A stretch of 64,000 nucleotides of DNA, from NCBI GenBank assembly GCA_947372355.1, contig CANBTI010000007.1, positions 1,010 to 65,009 of the forward strand. Reading direction: 5' to 3'. Numbering within the stretch: the first letter of the stretch is position 1; each line of letters starts with the position of its first letter. Made by a program: the position numbers and the translations under genes. The notes below the pieces were generated by a model. That model worked only from the letters and a program-made list of their open reading frames with translations, was not told the origin of the DNA and did not search any database. This document shows, one piece after another, positions 19,618 through 29,891 of this stretch. Source of the DNA: Bdellovibrionales bacterium (lineage in GTDB: Bacteria; Bdellovibrionota; UBA1018; CAIMNF01).

Positions 19618-21712
19618 CTTTAATCAGTTTAAACTTAAAAATGTAATCGATCCAATCTCGATTTCGAATTGAACGACTCAAGACATAAATATCACTTAAA
19701 TGCGACGGTATTTTGACTCTATCCTTTTCCGTTATTGCCAAGATGCATCCATTTTCTTTGGCTTCGATCATCAATTTTTTGACTTCATCACTTTTATACT
19801 CTGAGTGATCTTGCTTAATGATTGCTCTTTCAATCTTTAGACCTCTCTCTTGATAAAAATTGATTAACTCTTGGGGATCGGCGATCGCACACAGCAACCA
19901 AACAGATTTTTGCGTGGGATTGTTCCAATTCCAATCGATTTTAAAAAAATTTTCTTTTTCTTCAGTAAATACTTTCCTAAATTTTGAGCCCTTAGTTCCA
20001 ATCACTACATCAGCAAAGGTGACTTCTGAATCAAAATCTCGATAGGGAACTTCATTTCGCTTTCTATCCGTTACGGCAATTAAGTTTAAAGCACACTTGA
20101 AAGAAAGGTTTTGAAAACCATCATCAAAAATGATCAGGTCTGGTTTCTGAAGTTCTGCTTTTTTTATTGCAAGAACTCGGTCTGCCCCAACAGAAAGTAT
20201 TACTTCTGGAACTGCGGCTAAAATTTCTTGAGGCTCATCACCCAGTGGGTTTTCTTTACTGCTTCCATAACCACGGCTCACCACTGCTACTTTTTTTCCC
20301 CTGGAAACTGCCTCTTTGGCCAACGCTATGACTATTGGAGTTTTTCCGGCTCCACCTGCTTGTAAATTTCCAACCAAGATAGATGGGGTTTTCACTTTAA
20401 AAACAGGGAGTACTCCAATCACAACCAACCTTCGTCTTAGCCAGTTAATGGATGACCAAACAAAGGAAACAATTGAAATGAATGCTTTAGATTGTTTTTT
20501 TATCCGTTTTGAAGATTGAGGATGATTTATTTGCCACTGCAATATTTCTTTAGCGCTCTCTTCAGCTGAATTAGAATTTTTATTTTGTAAATAAAACAAT
20601 TCACGCACTTCATTGCATTTATCAAGCAATTGAGCTCGATTACTTAAATTTGAATAGTTTTGAAATAAAGCATCAGAAAGATTTTCCGCGGTGGCTTCTG
20701 GACCTAAAAGCTCTTTAAATAAAGCATCTTTTCTGTTTTTATTTCCTAATAAAATATTGGGTAATCCTACTGCACCAACATAGCCACCAATACCCTGAAT
20801 CAGCCAACGAAAAATTTGTTCGCTTAGCCAATTCATCTTATAAAAAATTACTGGAATACACTTTAAGACTGTGGCCTCAAGAGTAGATGTTCCAGATTTG
20901 ATTAATCCAATTTGTGTTTCTGCAAGGCTTTGAGATGAAGAGTTTGGATAAAATACATATTCCACCATTGTTGAGGAAATGAGTGTGTTTTTTATTTTCT
21001 CACCTGATACTCCAGATGGAATAGGGACTTGAGCGGTTACTTTTTTTCCAATGCGATTTGAAAATAGCTCAAGTGTTTTGGGAATAATGGGAAGATGGTA
21101 TTTTAATTCGGCATCCCGACTACCAGGCATAACCGTGATTGTTTCAAGCGGCTTTTTGTTACTTAATATTTCAGAATTTAATTCAGTTAGAGTTTCTAGT
21201 AATGGGTTTCCTTTATAAATCACTGGTATTCCAAGTGACTCATAAAATCTTTTTTCAAATGGGAAAACCACCCAAACACCGTGATAAAGTTTGCGTATCT
21301 TTTCAACCCGACCAGAACGCCAAACCCAAACCTTTGGAGGGATGCCACAAATTCTTAATGATTTTGGTGCTATTCCTTCCTTAACTACAATATCTATTAA
21401 TCGAAGATGAAAATCCGGATAATCAAAGGTAATGATTAAATCGGGATTAAAATTCCGAATCTCAACGGCTGTTCGTTTTATTAATTTTTTAAAAAATGAA
21501 ATTTTATTGATCACTTCAACAAAACCCATCGTGCGTAAATTTTCCGATGATTCAATAGATCTAAAACCTGGCAATGCACAAACGCGTGGTCCACCGATCC
21601 CCATCCATTGGACCGAATCTCCATTTTCTGAAACTAATTTTTGAATTGATTTAAGAATTTTTTCTGCGTGAATATCCGAGGAAATTTCAGCAGCAGAAAC
21701 AAAAATTTTCAT
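19604..21712 (-). CDS. lpxB-lpxK: Fused lipid-A-disaccharide synthase (LpxB) and tetraacyldisaccharide 4'-kinase (LpxK)
   Basis: One ORF. LpxB motifs: AAEISSD, MGFVEV, DYPDF, PPKVWVWR, FPFE, GNPL, MPGSR, KSGTSTLE, GLPNIL. LpxK motifs: VGNLQAGGAGKTP, SRGYG, GDEP, DDGFQ, DH, ITEKD. ATG 21712 forms an ATGA overlap with the lpxA stop. Confidence 0.92.
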   Translation of the reverse strand: MKIFVSAAEISSDIHAEKILKSIQKLVSENGDSVQWMGIGGPRVCALPGFRSIESSENLRTMGFVEVINKISFFKKLIKRTAVEIRNFNPDLIITFDYPDFHLRLIDIVVKEGIAPKSLRICGIPPKVWVWRSGRVEKIRKLYHGVWVVFPFEKRFYESLGIPVIYKGNPLLETLTELNSEILSNKKPLETITVMPGSRDAELKYHLPIIPKTLELFSNRIGKKVTAQVPIPSGVSGEKIKNTLISSTMVEYVFYPNSSSQSLAETQIGLIKSGTSTLEATVLKCIPVIFYKMNWLSEQIFRWLIQGIGGYVGAVGLPNILLGNKNRKDALFKELLGPEATAENLSDALFQNYSNLSNRAQLLDKCNEVRELFYLQNKNSNSAEESAKEILQWQINHPQSSKRIKKQSKAFISIVSFVWSSINWLRRRLVVIGVLPVFKVKTPSILVGNLQAGGAGKTPIVIALAKEAVSRGKKVAVVSRGYGSSKENPLGDEPQEILAAVPEVILSVGADRVLAIKKAELQKPDLIIFDDGFQNLSFKCALNLIAVTDRKRNEVPYRDFDSEVTFADVVIGTKGSKFRKVFTEEKENFFKIDWNWNNPTQKSVWLLCAIADPQELINFYQERGLKIERAIIKQDHSEYKSDEVKKLMIEAKENGCILAITEKDRVKIPSHLSDIYVLSRSIRNRDWIDYIFKFKLIKDESC

Positions 21713-22494
21713 CGCAAACAACCATTTTTACTAGTTTTGATAAACTCGAATAATACTTTTACTTCTTTAAAAGCTCCGAAACTTTCTTCAATTTTTTGAA
21801 GACATTCATCTTTTTGCAAATCGCTTTGCTTCCATATTTTCAATGCTTCATTGATTGCCAAAATTGCTTCGTTTTTAAAGCCTTTTCTCCGTAATCCAAC
21901 TAAGTTCGCACCTTTTACTTCACATGGTCTTGAGCCTACAAGAACTGCGTAAGGTGGTGCGTCTTTATCAATCATTGAGCCAGCTCCCACATAGACATGT
22001 TCACCGACATGAACAAATTGAGTTACACCTGTGAGTCCGCCAATAATGGCATAATCATCTAAAATCACATGCCCCGCGATTGCAACTGAGTTAGCAAGAA
22101 CACAATGATTTCCCACTAAAGAATCATGGCCAAGATGGGTGTAGGCCATCAAAAGATTATGACTTCCCAAAACCGTTTTTCCTCCACCCTGAACAGTACC
22201 AAGATTCAGAGTGACGCTTTCGCGAATCGTATTGTCATCACCGATGAACAATTCCGTTTTTTCTCCATTAAATTTTAAATCTTGAGGCACTCCACCAATT
22301 ACGGAAAATGGGAAAAAAACATTTCCTGTTCCAATGGTTGTTTTTCCATCCACCACTACATGACTAATCAGTTTTGTACCTGAGCCGATTTTTACTTCAG
22401 GTCCAATTATACAATAGGGCCCCACCTCAACATCATCGGCTAATTCAGCTTCTGAACTTACTATCGCTGTTGGATGAACCTTAGGGGATGCCAT
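21709..22494 (-). CDS. lpxA: UDP-N-acetylglucosamine O-acyltransferase
   Basis: VHPTAIV hexapeptide repeats, PQDLKF, IRESVT, MAYTHLGHDS, GANLVGLRRKG. Confidence 0.96.
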   Translation of the reverse strand: MASPKVHPTAIVSSEAELADDVEVGPYCIIGPEVKIGSGTKLISHVVVDGKTTIGTGNVFFPFSVIGGVPQDLKFNGEKTELFIGDDNTIRESVTLNLGTVQGGGKTVLGSHNLLMAYTHLGHDSLVGNHCVLANSVAIAGHVILDDYAIIGGLTGVTQFVHVGEHVYVGAGSMIDKDAPPYAVLVGSRPCEVKGANLVGLRRKGFKNEAILAINEALKIWKQSDLQKDECLQKIEESFGAFKEVKVLFEFIKTSKNGCLR

Positions 22495-22497
22495 TGA

Positions 22498-23019
22498 TTA
22501 TTCCTTTTTTTCTGAACTTTTCTCTGTCACTGGCATTAAATTCGCCATAATTTTTGCTTCCGCTACCAATTTTTCGCCAACATATCCTTTACATAAAAAA
22601 CTCCAAAGATAGGTTCGACAACCGGTAACTTCGGTTTCAATTCTTAAAACATCTCCCGGAGTAACGGGAATGCGAAAGCGCGCCTGATCTACACCAACCA
22701 ACACGCACTGGAATCTGCCACGAACATTATTTTCTAACATCATGTATGGATACATGGAAAAACTTGCAACTTGAGCCATGGTTTCCAATATTAAAACACC
22801 TGGCATGATTGCAAATTCAGGAAAGTGGCCCATAAAATGAGGTTCATTCATTGATACATTTTTAATTCCAACCACTTTTATTCCTAATTTGTTTTTAGGT
22901 TGATCATCGATCATCGTGTTCGGACCACTTACACTGAGAATACGATCCACTAGTAAAAATGGGGGTCGGTGCGGTAGAAACTTCTGAATTTCCTTTTGCT
23001 CTAGATAATACTCGCTCAT
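22498..23019 (-). CDS. fabZ: 3-hydroxyacyl-ACP dehydratase
   Basis: LPHRPPFLLVDR, KNVSMNEPHF.GHFP, MPGVLILETMAQ, PVTPGD. Confidence 0.96.
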   Translation of the reverse strand: MSEYYLEQKEIQKFLPHRPPFLLVDRILSVSGPNTMIDDQPKNKLGIKVVGIKNVSMNEPHFMGHFPEFAIMPGVLILETMAQVASFSMYPYMMLENNVRGRFQCVLVGVDQARFRIPVTPGDVLRIETEVTGCRTYLWSFLCKGYVGEKLVAEAKIMANLMPVTEKSSEKKE

Positions 23020-24113
23020 ATTTTTTTCCTAACCTTTGTACGCTCGCGTAGAAGTTTATTTTGGATAGCGAGAATTTTATAATACTCCGAAATCGGACGT
23101 GCAGGCATACCCGCTAACTCTGATTCCGGTGGACAATCTTTAGCAACTCCAGAAAAAGCACCAAGAATACTATAATCACCAACATGAACTTGATTTCCAG
23201 TTCCAGCCTGAGCAGCAACCGTTACAAATTTGCCTAGCGATGAACTTCCCGCCATTCCCGCAGCACCACAAAGAATTGAACCCTCACCGATTTCACAGTT
23301 GTGGCCAATCTGAACTTGATTATCAATTTTAACTTTTGAATGGATTAGCGTTGAGCCCATTGTTCCGCGATCAATGGTGGTATTTGATCCAACCTCAACA
23401 TCATCACCAATGATTACATTTCCAATGTGATAGATTTTTAAATGATCAATCGGTTTCTTAGTATCGGCATCTCTCACTGGAATATAACCAAAACCATCCC
23501 CGCCAATCACCGCTCCAGAATGAATTCTACATCTTTCACCAATCATTGTTTTTTCGTAAAAAGTAACTCTTGGAAACAGAACACTTCCTTTACCAATTTT
23601 ACTTTTTTTACCAATAAAACATTGAGGGTAAAGAACAACTGCATCTTGAATTTCACAACCATCTTCGATCACGCAATAAGCACCAACGCTTACTCCAGCA
23701 CCAATTTTTACATCGGAGCCTATGATTGCTGTTGGATGAATTTGGTTGGGCTCTTTAGATATCAACTGGTGATCATGAGAAGAAGAGCGAGTAGAAAACA
23801 GAGCGGTTAGAATAGCTAAGGCTCGATTGGGTTGTTCACAGGAAATAAATACACTTTTTTTCCACGCAGGAATACCAGCAGCTTGTATCGCTTGAACATC
23901 ACCATTTGCAATGATCACCAAACCTGCCTTAGTCATGTAAAGTTCGGACTCGTAATGCTTTGAAAAGAAAAAAGAGATATCAGTTGGCCCAGCATCTTTG
24001 AGCGTAGAAAGATTTTGGAGGCTCAGTGAAGTCAAAAGCGCAGATGCAAACTCTGGATTTGCTATCTGCGCCCCGATCAACTTTTGAATTTCTAAAATTG
24101 AAAACTGATTCAT
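23016..24113 (-). CDS. lpxD: UDP-3-O-acylglucosamine N-acyltransferase
   Basis: ISFF, IHPTAII, IHSGAVIGGDGFGY, VEVGSNTTIDRG, KIDNQVQIGHN. Confidence 0.95.
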   Translation of the reverse strand: MNQFSILEIQKLIGAQIANPEFASALLTSLSLQNLSTLKDAGPTDISFFFSKHYESELYMTKAGLVIIANGDVQAIQAAGIPAWKKSVFISCEQPNRALAILTALFSTRSSSHDHQLISKEPNQIHPTAIIGSDVKIGAGVSVGAYCVIEDGCEIQDAVVLYPQCFIGKKSKIGKGSVLFPRVTFYEKTMIGERCRIHSGAVIGGDGFGYIPVRDADTKKPIDHLKIYHIGNVIIGDDVEVGSNTTIDRGTMGSTLIHSKVKIDNQVQIGHNCEIGEGSILCGAAGMAGSSSLGKFVTVAAQAGTGNQVHVGDYSILGAFSGVAKDCPPESELAGMPARPISEYYKILAIQNKLLRERTKVRKKI

Positions 24114-24121
24114 TAATTGAA

Positions 24122-24631
24122 CTAGTTAATAGCTTTCATTACTTCTTCAGTAATATCGTCTTTATCTAAAGAGTAGATGACTACGTTTTCGTTCTTCTCT
24201 AAAAGCAGGGAGAATCCTTTTTTCTTAGCAATCTCTGAAGCTTTTTCACGAATTTTACGAATGATTGGCTCACTCATTTCTTGTTCTTTTTTCTGAATTT
24301 CTGCTTGTGATTTTTGGAGCAACTCTTGGTACTTCATGAATTTTTCTTGAAGTTTGCCTTGTTGTTCTTTTTTAGCACTTTCACTCAAAGCTGCTTGTTT
24401 CTTTTGAAACTCTTCTTGAAGTTTTTTAAGATTTGCTTCTTCCGCCTGAAGTTCTTTTTTCTTTTTGTTGAAAGCTTGCTCTAATTCGCCTTTAGCTTTT
24501 TTTCCAGTTTCTGATGATTGAATTGCTTTTTGCATATCAATCGTTCCAATTTTAACCTCATCTGCACGGGAAACGCCGGCATTGAGTACTAAAGCGCTAA
24601 CAATAAAAGCTATCGTGGTTACTGGGTTCAT
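24122..24631 (-). CDS. skp: Periplasmic chaperone Skp/OmpH
   Basis: Signal peptide; KIGTIDMQ; long coiled coil; DITEEVM; lies between bamA and lpxD. Confidence 0.92.
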   Translation of the reverse strand: MNPVTTIAFIVSALVLNAGVSRADEVKIGTIDMQKAIQSSETGKKAKGELEQAFNKKKKELQAEEANLKKLQEEFQKKQAALSESAKKEQQGKLQEKFMKYQELLQKSQAEIQKKEQEMSEPIIRKIREKASEIAKKKGFSLLLEKNENVVIYSLDKDDITEEVMKAIN

Positions 24632-24663
24632 AAGGTAATTCCTTTCGTTGGGTTAAGAGTATC

Positions 24664-27000
24664 CTAAAATGGTTGTCCGATAAAGAAAATGAAAACTGGT
24701 GATTCTTCAGCTCTGTTGGTGGTACTCACTACGCCTGGGTGGATAGGAAATCCCCACTCAAAACGAAGTGGTCCAAGAGGAGAAAACCAACGAAGACCAA
24801 ATCCCCAGTTCTGTTTTAACGTAAAATCTTGGTCACTAGAGAAGCCTGGCACAGAGAAAAATGTGTTACCAATATCGTAAAACATCACCCATTTTAAGCC
24901 CGCTTCTTTAATGAGGGGGTGTTCCACCTCAAACAAAGAATAAAACTCTGAAGCTCCGCCAACCTTCTCCACAATGCCTGGACCACGCATGATGACCGGC
25001 GCGAGCGAGAACGCTTCAAATCCGCGCATATTCCATGCACCGCCTAAATAAAATTTTTCTGCAGGAGGTATTCCTCGACCACCCGTATTAATCATCGCTC
25101 CCATTTCGGTACTGTTCTTAAATACAAAACTTCCAATAAAATTATTATAGTAACGATTGTTGAAGGTCACTTTGGAAAAGTTTTTTACTCCGCCCAAACC
25201 TGCGAACTCTAAAGAGAGGTTTTGATAATTTCCATCACTGGTTTCAAAACGATTGTTTCTTTTGTCGCGCACTAAACTTAAAACTACGCTCGAAAGAATT
25301 CCTGTATCTAAACTATCGTCAGCAACCACTTGCGGTGCACCTGAGATTGGATCTGCAGCGCGTGCATAACTAGTCATCACTCGAAGATGTTCGAATTTAT
25401 AGGTAAAGAAACCTTGGATATCATCTGAAAGTGGGTAGCCTAACTTAAGATTAAATCCTGCACGACGAACCAAGTATCGATCTGGAATGGGCGAATTGCT
25501 CATGAATAAGCTAAATCCTGCACTCCAATCCGTATCAAAAGCATACGGATCCATAAACTCAAGACTAAAGCTGCGAACCACATCATCTTTACCCCATTGA
25601 GTTTCAAAACTTAAGTTTTGACCACGACCAAGAAGGTTGATCTCTTGAACTTTACCCTGAAAGAAAAATCCCTGAACCGAACTAAATCCCGCACCTAGAG
25701 TAATACTTCCAGTGGAGCGCTCTTTCACAACCACTTCAATATCAAGCTTATCATCTGAACCTTTTACAGGAACTTGATTGAATTGAACTTCTCCAGGAGC
25801 AAAGTATCCAAGGCGCTCAACGCGTTCTTTGGAAATACGAAGCTTAGATCCACTAAACAATTCGCCCTCATGAATACGCAATTCACGACGAACCACTTTA
25901 TCGTAGGTTTTAGTGTTGGCCACAATGCGGATTTCATTAAAGTGAACTAGATTTCCTTTTTCAAAACCATATTCAACATTTACCGTTTTAGCTTCGTCGT
26001 TGAAATCCATTTTTGGAATCACATTGACAAATGCATAGCCCAAATCTTGATATTTCTCGGTTAGGCGCTGTATATCAGCATTTCTTGCACTAACACTGAA
26101 TGTTTGATCCTCAAGAAGTTTAATTTCTTTCTTGAGCTCTTCTTTAGGGAAAAGTAAATCGCCACTAAAATCATAAGAGCCAATTTTGTAGGAATTTCCT
26201 TCATCAACAAAAAGTGAAATGAAAACGTATTTTTTATCATCACTCACCGTGATAATTGGGTTTTCATATCTGAACTTTAAATAACCATTTTCAAGGTAGT
26301 AATAAGTTAAACGCTGAAGATCGATCTTGAATGATGCTTCCTTGAAAGTTCCTGAACTAGAAAGAAAGTTCATTGAACTTCCTTCTTTGGTTTCTGCAAA
26401 TATTGTTTTTAACTTTTCATCTGTGAATGCATGGTTATTTAAGAAAACGATTTGTTTAATTTCAACTTTATCAAAATCAGAAATCTTATAAACTAACTTT
26501 ACTTCGCCTTCTTTTACCGGACGAACTTCGTAAGCTGCACGGGCAAGATAGTAGCCTTTATCTTCATAGTGTTTTTGGAGTAGTTCCACATCACTTTGAG
26601 CTTTATTTACATCAAGAATTGCCCATTTTTTAACCTTGATCACTTCTTCAAGATCACTGGTATTTATTTTTTCATTACCTTCAAAAACAATTTCATCGAT
26701 TACCGGACGCTCTTGAAAAGAAAGCGTAAGAACAATCCCCTGTGCGGCAGATCCTTCTTTTCTGATTTCGATGTTGTCGAAATATCCCATGCCATAAAGC
26801 GCTTCGATGTCTCTTCTGGTATCGGTTTCTAAATATGCTTTTCCTGGTTTAGAAGAAATTTTTTCTAAAACTGCGTCGCGCTCAATACGATGAAGTCCGA
26901 CGGTTTTCACTTCTGTAATTTTTTCTAAGTCGGCACGCGACTCAGCACAAAGGTGTAAAAGCAAAAAACTAGATGCAATGAGTGGTGTCAAAATTTTCAC
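24664..27000 (-). CDS. bamA: Outer membrane protein assembly factor
   Basis: POTRA repeats (ERPVIDEI, TYDKVVRREL), ERSTGS, FYLGG..MRGF, GLRWFSPLGPLRFEWG, terminal GQPF. Confidence 0.97.
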   Translation of the reverse strand: MKILTPLIASSFLLLHLCAESRADLEKITEVKTVGLHRIERDAVLEKISSKPGKAYLETDTRRDIEALYGMGYFDNIEIRKEGSAAQGIVLTLSFQERPVIDEIVFEGNEKINTSDLEEVIKVKKWAILDVNKAQSDVELLQKHYEDKGYYLARAAYEVRPVKEGEVKLVYKISDFDKVEIKQIVFLNNHAFTDEKLKTIFAETKEGSSMNFLSSSGTFKEASFKIDLQRLTYYYLENGYLKFRYENPIITVSDDKKYVFISLFVDEGNSYKIGSYDFSGDLLFPKEELKKEIKLLEDQTFSVSARNADIQRLTEKYQDLGYAFVNVIPKMDFNDEAKTVNVEYGFEKGNLVHFNEIRIVANTKTYDKVVRRELRIHEGELFSGSKLRISKERVERLGYFAPGEVQFNQVPVKGSDDKLDIEVVVKERSTGSITLGAGFSSVQGFFFQGKVQEINLLGRGQNLSFETQWGKDDVVRSFSLEFMDPYAFDTDWSAGFSLFMSNSPIPDRYLVRRAGFNLKLGYPLSDDIQGFFTYKFEHLRVMTSYARAADPISGAPQVVADDSLDTGILSSVVLSLVRDKRNNRFETSDGNYQNLSLEFAGLGGVKNFSKVTFNNRYYNNFIGSFVFKNSTEMGAMINTGGRGIPPAEKFYLGGAWNMRGFEAFSLAPVIMRGPGIVEKVGGASEFYSLFEVEHPLIKEAGLKWVMFYDIGNTFFSVPGFSSDQDFTLKQNWGFGLRWFSPLGPLRFEWGFPIHPGVVSTTNRAEESPVFIFFIGQPF

Positions 27001-27015
27001 AGAGACTCTGTAATA

Positions 27016-27702
27016 TCACGAACTTTGGATTTTTCCATCTTTCATCGTAAGTACCTTTTTCATACGACTCGCCACATCATGATCATGAGTTACCAAGAGA
27101 ATTGCAATTCCAAGCTCTCTATTTAGGTTGAGTAAAAGATCAATAACGCGGCGACCATTTTCAGAATCGAGATTGCCGGTCATTTCGTCGGCGAGAATTA
27201 ATTTGGGCTTCATCATAACAGCCCGCGCAATTGCCACCCGTTGTTGCTCGCCTCCCGATAATTCTGCAGGACGATGCTCCATCCGTTCACGCAAACCAAC
27301 ATATGTTAGAAGTTCTTTTGCGCGAGATTCTGCTTCACTACGACTCACACCATTGATCAAAACCGGCATCATCACATTTTCTAGTGCTGTGAATTCCGGC
27401 AACAAATAATGAAACTGAAAAATGAAGCCCAAGTTTTCATTTCTAAATTTTGAAATCGCTTCATCTGACATCTTCCAGATATTAATTAATTTAGGACCAA
27501 AATAAATATCTCCACTCGTGGGACGATCCAATCCTCCAAGCAAATGAAGAAGCGTGCTTTTTCCCGCTCCAGAAGATCCCATGATCGCAACGCAATCGCC
27601 TTTCATGAGATCAAACGAAACACCTTTTACAATCTGAAGCTTTGCCTCACCCTTAATGAATTCTTTATGAAGATCGCGCGCGCGCAGTACTAGGCCGTCC
27701 AT
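27016..27702 (-). CDS. lolD: Lipoprotein-releasing ABC transporter ATPase
   Basis: GSSGAGKST, LGFIFQFHYLLPEFTALENV, LSGGEQQRVAIARA, ADEMTGNLD, VTHD. Confidence 0.92.
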   Translation of the reverse strand: MDGLVLRARDLHKEFIKGEAKLQIVKGVSFDLMKGDCVAIMGSSGAGKSTLLHLLGGLDRPTSGDIYFGPKLINIWKMSDEAISKFRNENLGFIFQFHYLLPEFTALENVMMPVLINGVSRSEAESRAKELLTYVGLRERMEHRPAELSGGEQQRVAIARAVMMKPKLILADEMTGNLDSENGRRVIDLLLNLNRELGIAILLVTHDHDVASRMKKVLTMKDGKIQSS

Positions 27703-28943
27703 TTTAATCCTTCCACTGGTGATCTTCGTGCAATTTTAGCGGCTGGAATCACCGTTGCTAAAAAACAGATCACAAATGCCATTAAAGCAATCGCACACCA
27801 CTCTGTAAAGCGAATCACTACGGGTAAATATTCCAAATGATAAATTTCAGCAGGTAAATGAATGAGGTGGGTTTTACTTAAAATAAAAACACAAATGAGC
27901 CCCATGATCACGCCTGCGAGGGTTCCAAGGAGACCAAAAAAAGACCCCACCCATGAGAACAAAATAAATTGATCGCGCATTTTCATTCCTAAAACACGCA
28001 AGATGGCGATTTCTTTTTCTTTTTCGTAAACCATCATTAAAAGCGCACTCACTACATTAAAAGCCGCTACAATCATGATTGCGGTTAAGAGCGCTGCAAT
28101 CACACCCTTTTCTAATTGAATTGCATAAAGTAGATTTTTATTGAGCTGTCCCCAATCTTTTACCCGATATGGAAAGCCAAAATGCTTGGCCAATTCTAAT
28201 CCAGATTGAGCCGCTAAATTTGAATCGGTCAGCTTAATCCGAAATGAAGTGATGTAGTTTTTAACTTGAGCCGATTCACCGAAAACTAACTTTTGAACCG
28301 ATGGTAAAAGCGCGTAAGCATATTTGGAATCGTAATCATGCATTCCCAAATGAAGTAATCCCGTGATTTGAAAATCCTGAACACGGGGACTCCCAAAATC
28401 ACTATCACCCTCGTATCCTGAAAATGGAAGGATCACTCTCATCGAATCGCCCACGCCCACACCTAATTTTTCAGCCAGCGATTCACCAACGGCAATTTGT
28501 CCTTCTTCAGTAGGAAACAAACCGCCCTTCACTAAATGCTTTTCTACGGAAGTAACACTACTCCATGTGGATGGATCCACACCTTCGATGATTCCACCCG
28601 AAACACCATTCGGCCCATGAAACATCACTTCACTCACAAAAGAGCCGGTAATTGCCTCAAAATTTGGAGTGAATTCTTTAACTTTTCTCTCTAAACTATC
28701 TCGATCGCGAATGGGGCTACCACGACTATAAAAAATAATATCGCCCTGAGTTCCTGAAATAATTTGAGTGAGTTCTTTTTCGAAACCATTCACCACGCTG
28801 GTCACCAAAAGAAGCGCAAGCACACCCACACAAACTCCAATCACTGAAACCAAAGTAACAAATGATAAAAAATGAGTGTGACGGGTATCAGTATCGAGTT
28901 TTTTTGAAGTGAGAAAACGAAGAGCAATCTTTAAGGCAAACAA
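27690..28943 (-). CDS. Lipoprotein-releasing ABC transporter permease LolC/E
   Basis: SVVNGFE, AAFNVVSALLMMVYEKEKEIAILRVLGM, IY.LEYLP, ATVIPAAKIARRSPVEGLK. TTG start. Confidence 0.9.
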   Translation of the reverse strand: MFALKIALRFLTSKKLDTDTRHTHFLSFVTLVSVIGVCVGVLALLLVTSVVNGFEKELTQIISGTQGDIIFYSRGSPIRDRDSLERKVKEFTPNFEAITGSFVSEVMFHGPNGVSGGIIEGVDPSTWSSVTSVEKHLVKGGLFPTEEGQIAVGESLAEKLGVGVGDSMRVILPFSGYEGDSDFGSPRVQDFQITGLLHLGMHDYDSKYAYALLPSVQKLVFGESAQVKNYITSFRIKLTDSNLAAQSGLELAKHFGFPYRVKDWGQLNKNLLYAIQLEKGVIAALLTAIMIVAAFNVVSALLMMVYEKEKEIAILRVLGMKMRDQFILFSWVGSFFGLLGTLAGVIMGLICVFILSKTHLIHLPAEIYHLEYLPVVIRFTEWCAIALMAFVICFLATVIPAAKIARRSPVEGLKWTA

Positions 28944-29882
28944 TTAGTGTCCGCCCTCGGAATCTAGATATCTTTCAGCATCGAGTGCGGCCATACAACC
29001 TGTTCCCGCTGCTGTGATTGCTTGACGATAATAATGATCAGCAATATCTCCGGCTGCAAATACTCCCGGAACTTTTGTTTTCGTAGAGCCAGCTATAATT
29101 TTCAAATAACCAGTTTCATCCATTTCAAGCTGACCCTTAAACAAACTTGAGTTTGGTTGATGTCCGATGGCAATGAAAAAACCAGTCACTGGTAAATCCG
29201 TAATGGCTCCGGTTTTTAAATTTTTAACTTTAAGGCCTAGCAATTCTTGCTCACCTAAAATCTCTTCCACTGCTGAATCGTACATTACTTTTACTTTTGG
29301 ATTCGCGAGTACACGATCTTGCATCACCTTACTGGCACGAAATGCATCACGGCGATGAATTAAGGTTACTGATTTTGCAAAACGAGTGAGAAAATTTGCT
29401 TCTTCCATTGCAGTATCACCACCACCAACCACGGCGATATCTTGATTGCGGAAGAAAAAACCATCACAAGTAGCACAGGCAGAAACCCCTTTACCCATGA
29501 GTTTTTTCTCTTGTGGCATTCCCAATAGTTTTGCAGAAGCGCCAGTAGCGATAATTAAAGTTTTTGTTTTCACTTCAGAACCATCGGCCAAAAAAAGCGT
29601 GTAAGGTTTTTTAGTGAGATCTACTTTTTGAACATCACCTTGTTTGAAACGTGTTTTAAAACGCTCCGCTTGTTTGCGAAAGTGATCCATGAGCTCAGGG
29701 CCCTGAACGCCATCCGCAAAACCGGGGAAGTTTTCAACTTCAGTGGTGATGGTCAGTTGTCCGCCTGGCTGGGTACCTTCTACGCAAAGAGGACTCAAGT
29801 TTGCACGAGCAGCATAGATAGCTGCCGTTAAACCCGCAGGACCTGTTCCGAGGATGACAACATTCTCAACTGTGTTACTCAT
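28944..29882 (-). CDS. trxB: Thioredoxin-disulfide reductase
   Basis: GTGPAGLTAAIY, GGQLTITTEVENFPG, GVSACATCDG, GGGDTAMEEA, YRQAITAAGTGC. Confidence 0.97.
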   Translation of the reverse strand: MSNTVENVVILGTGPAGLTAAIYAARANLSPLCVEGTQPGGQLTITTEVENFPGFADGVQGPELMDHFRKQAERFKTRFKQGDVQKVDLTKKPYTLFLADGSEVKTKTLIIATGASAKLLGMPQEKKLMGKGVSACATCDGFFFRNQDIAVVGGGDTAMEEANFLTRFAKSVTLIHRRDAFRASKVMQDRVLANPKVKVMYDSAVEEILGEQELLGLKVKNLKTGAITDLPVTGFFIAIGHQPNSSLFKGQLEMDETGYLKIIAGSTKTKVPGVFAAGDIADHYYRQAITAAGTGCMAALDAERYLDSEGGH

Positions 29883-29891
29883 ATAGATAAA

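Noticed and set aside
22498-23019. Short insertion in FabZ (NTMIDDQPKNKLG)
   Set aside because: Falls in a variable surface loop with catalytic motifs intact; unlikely to be meaningful.
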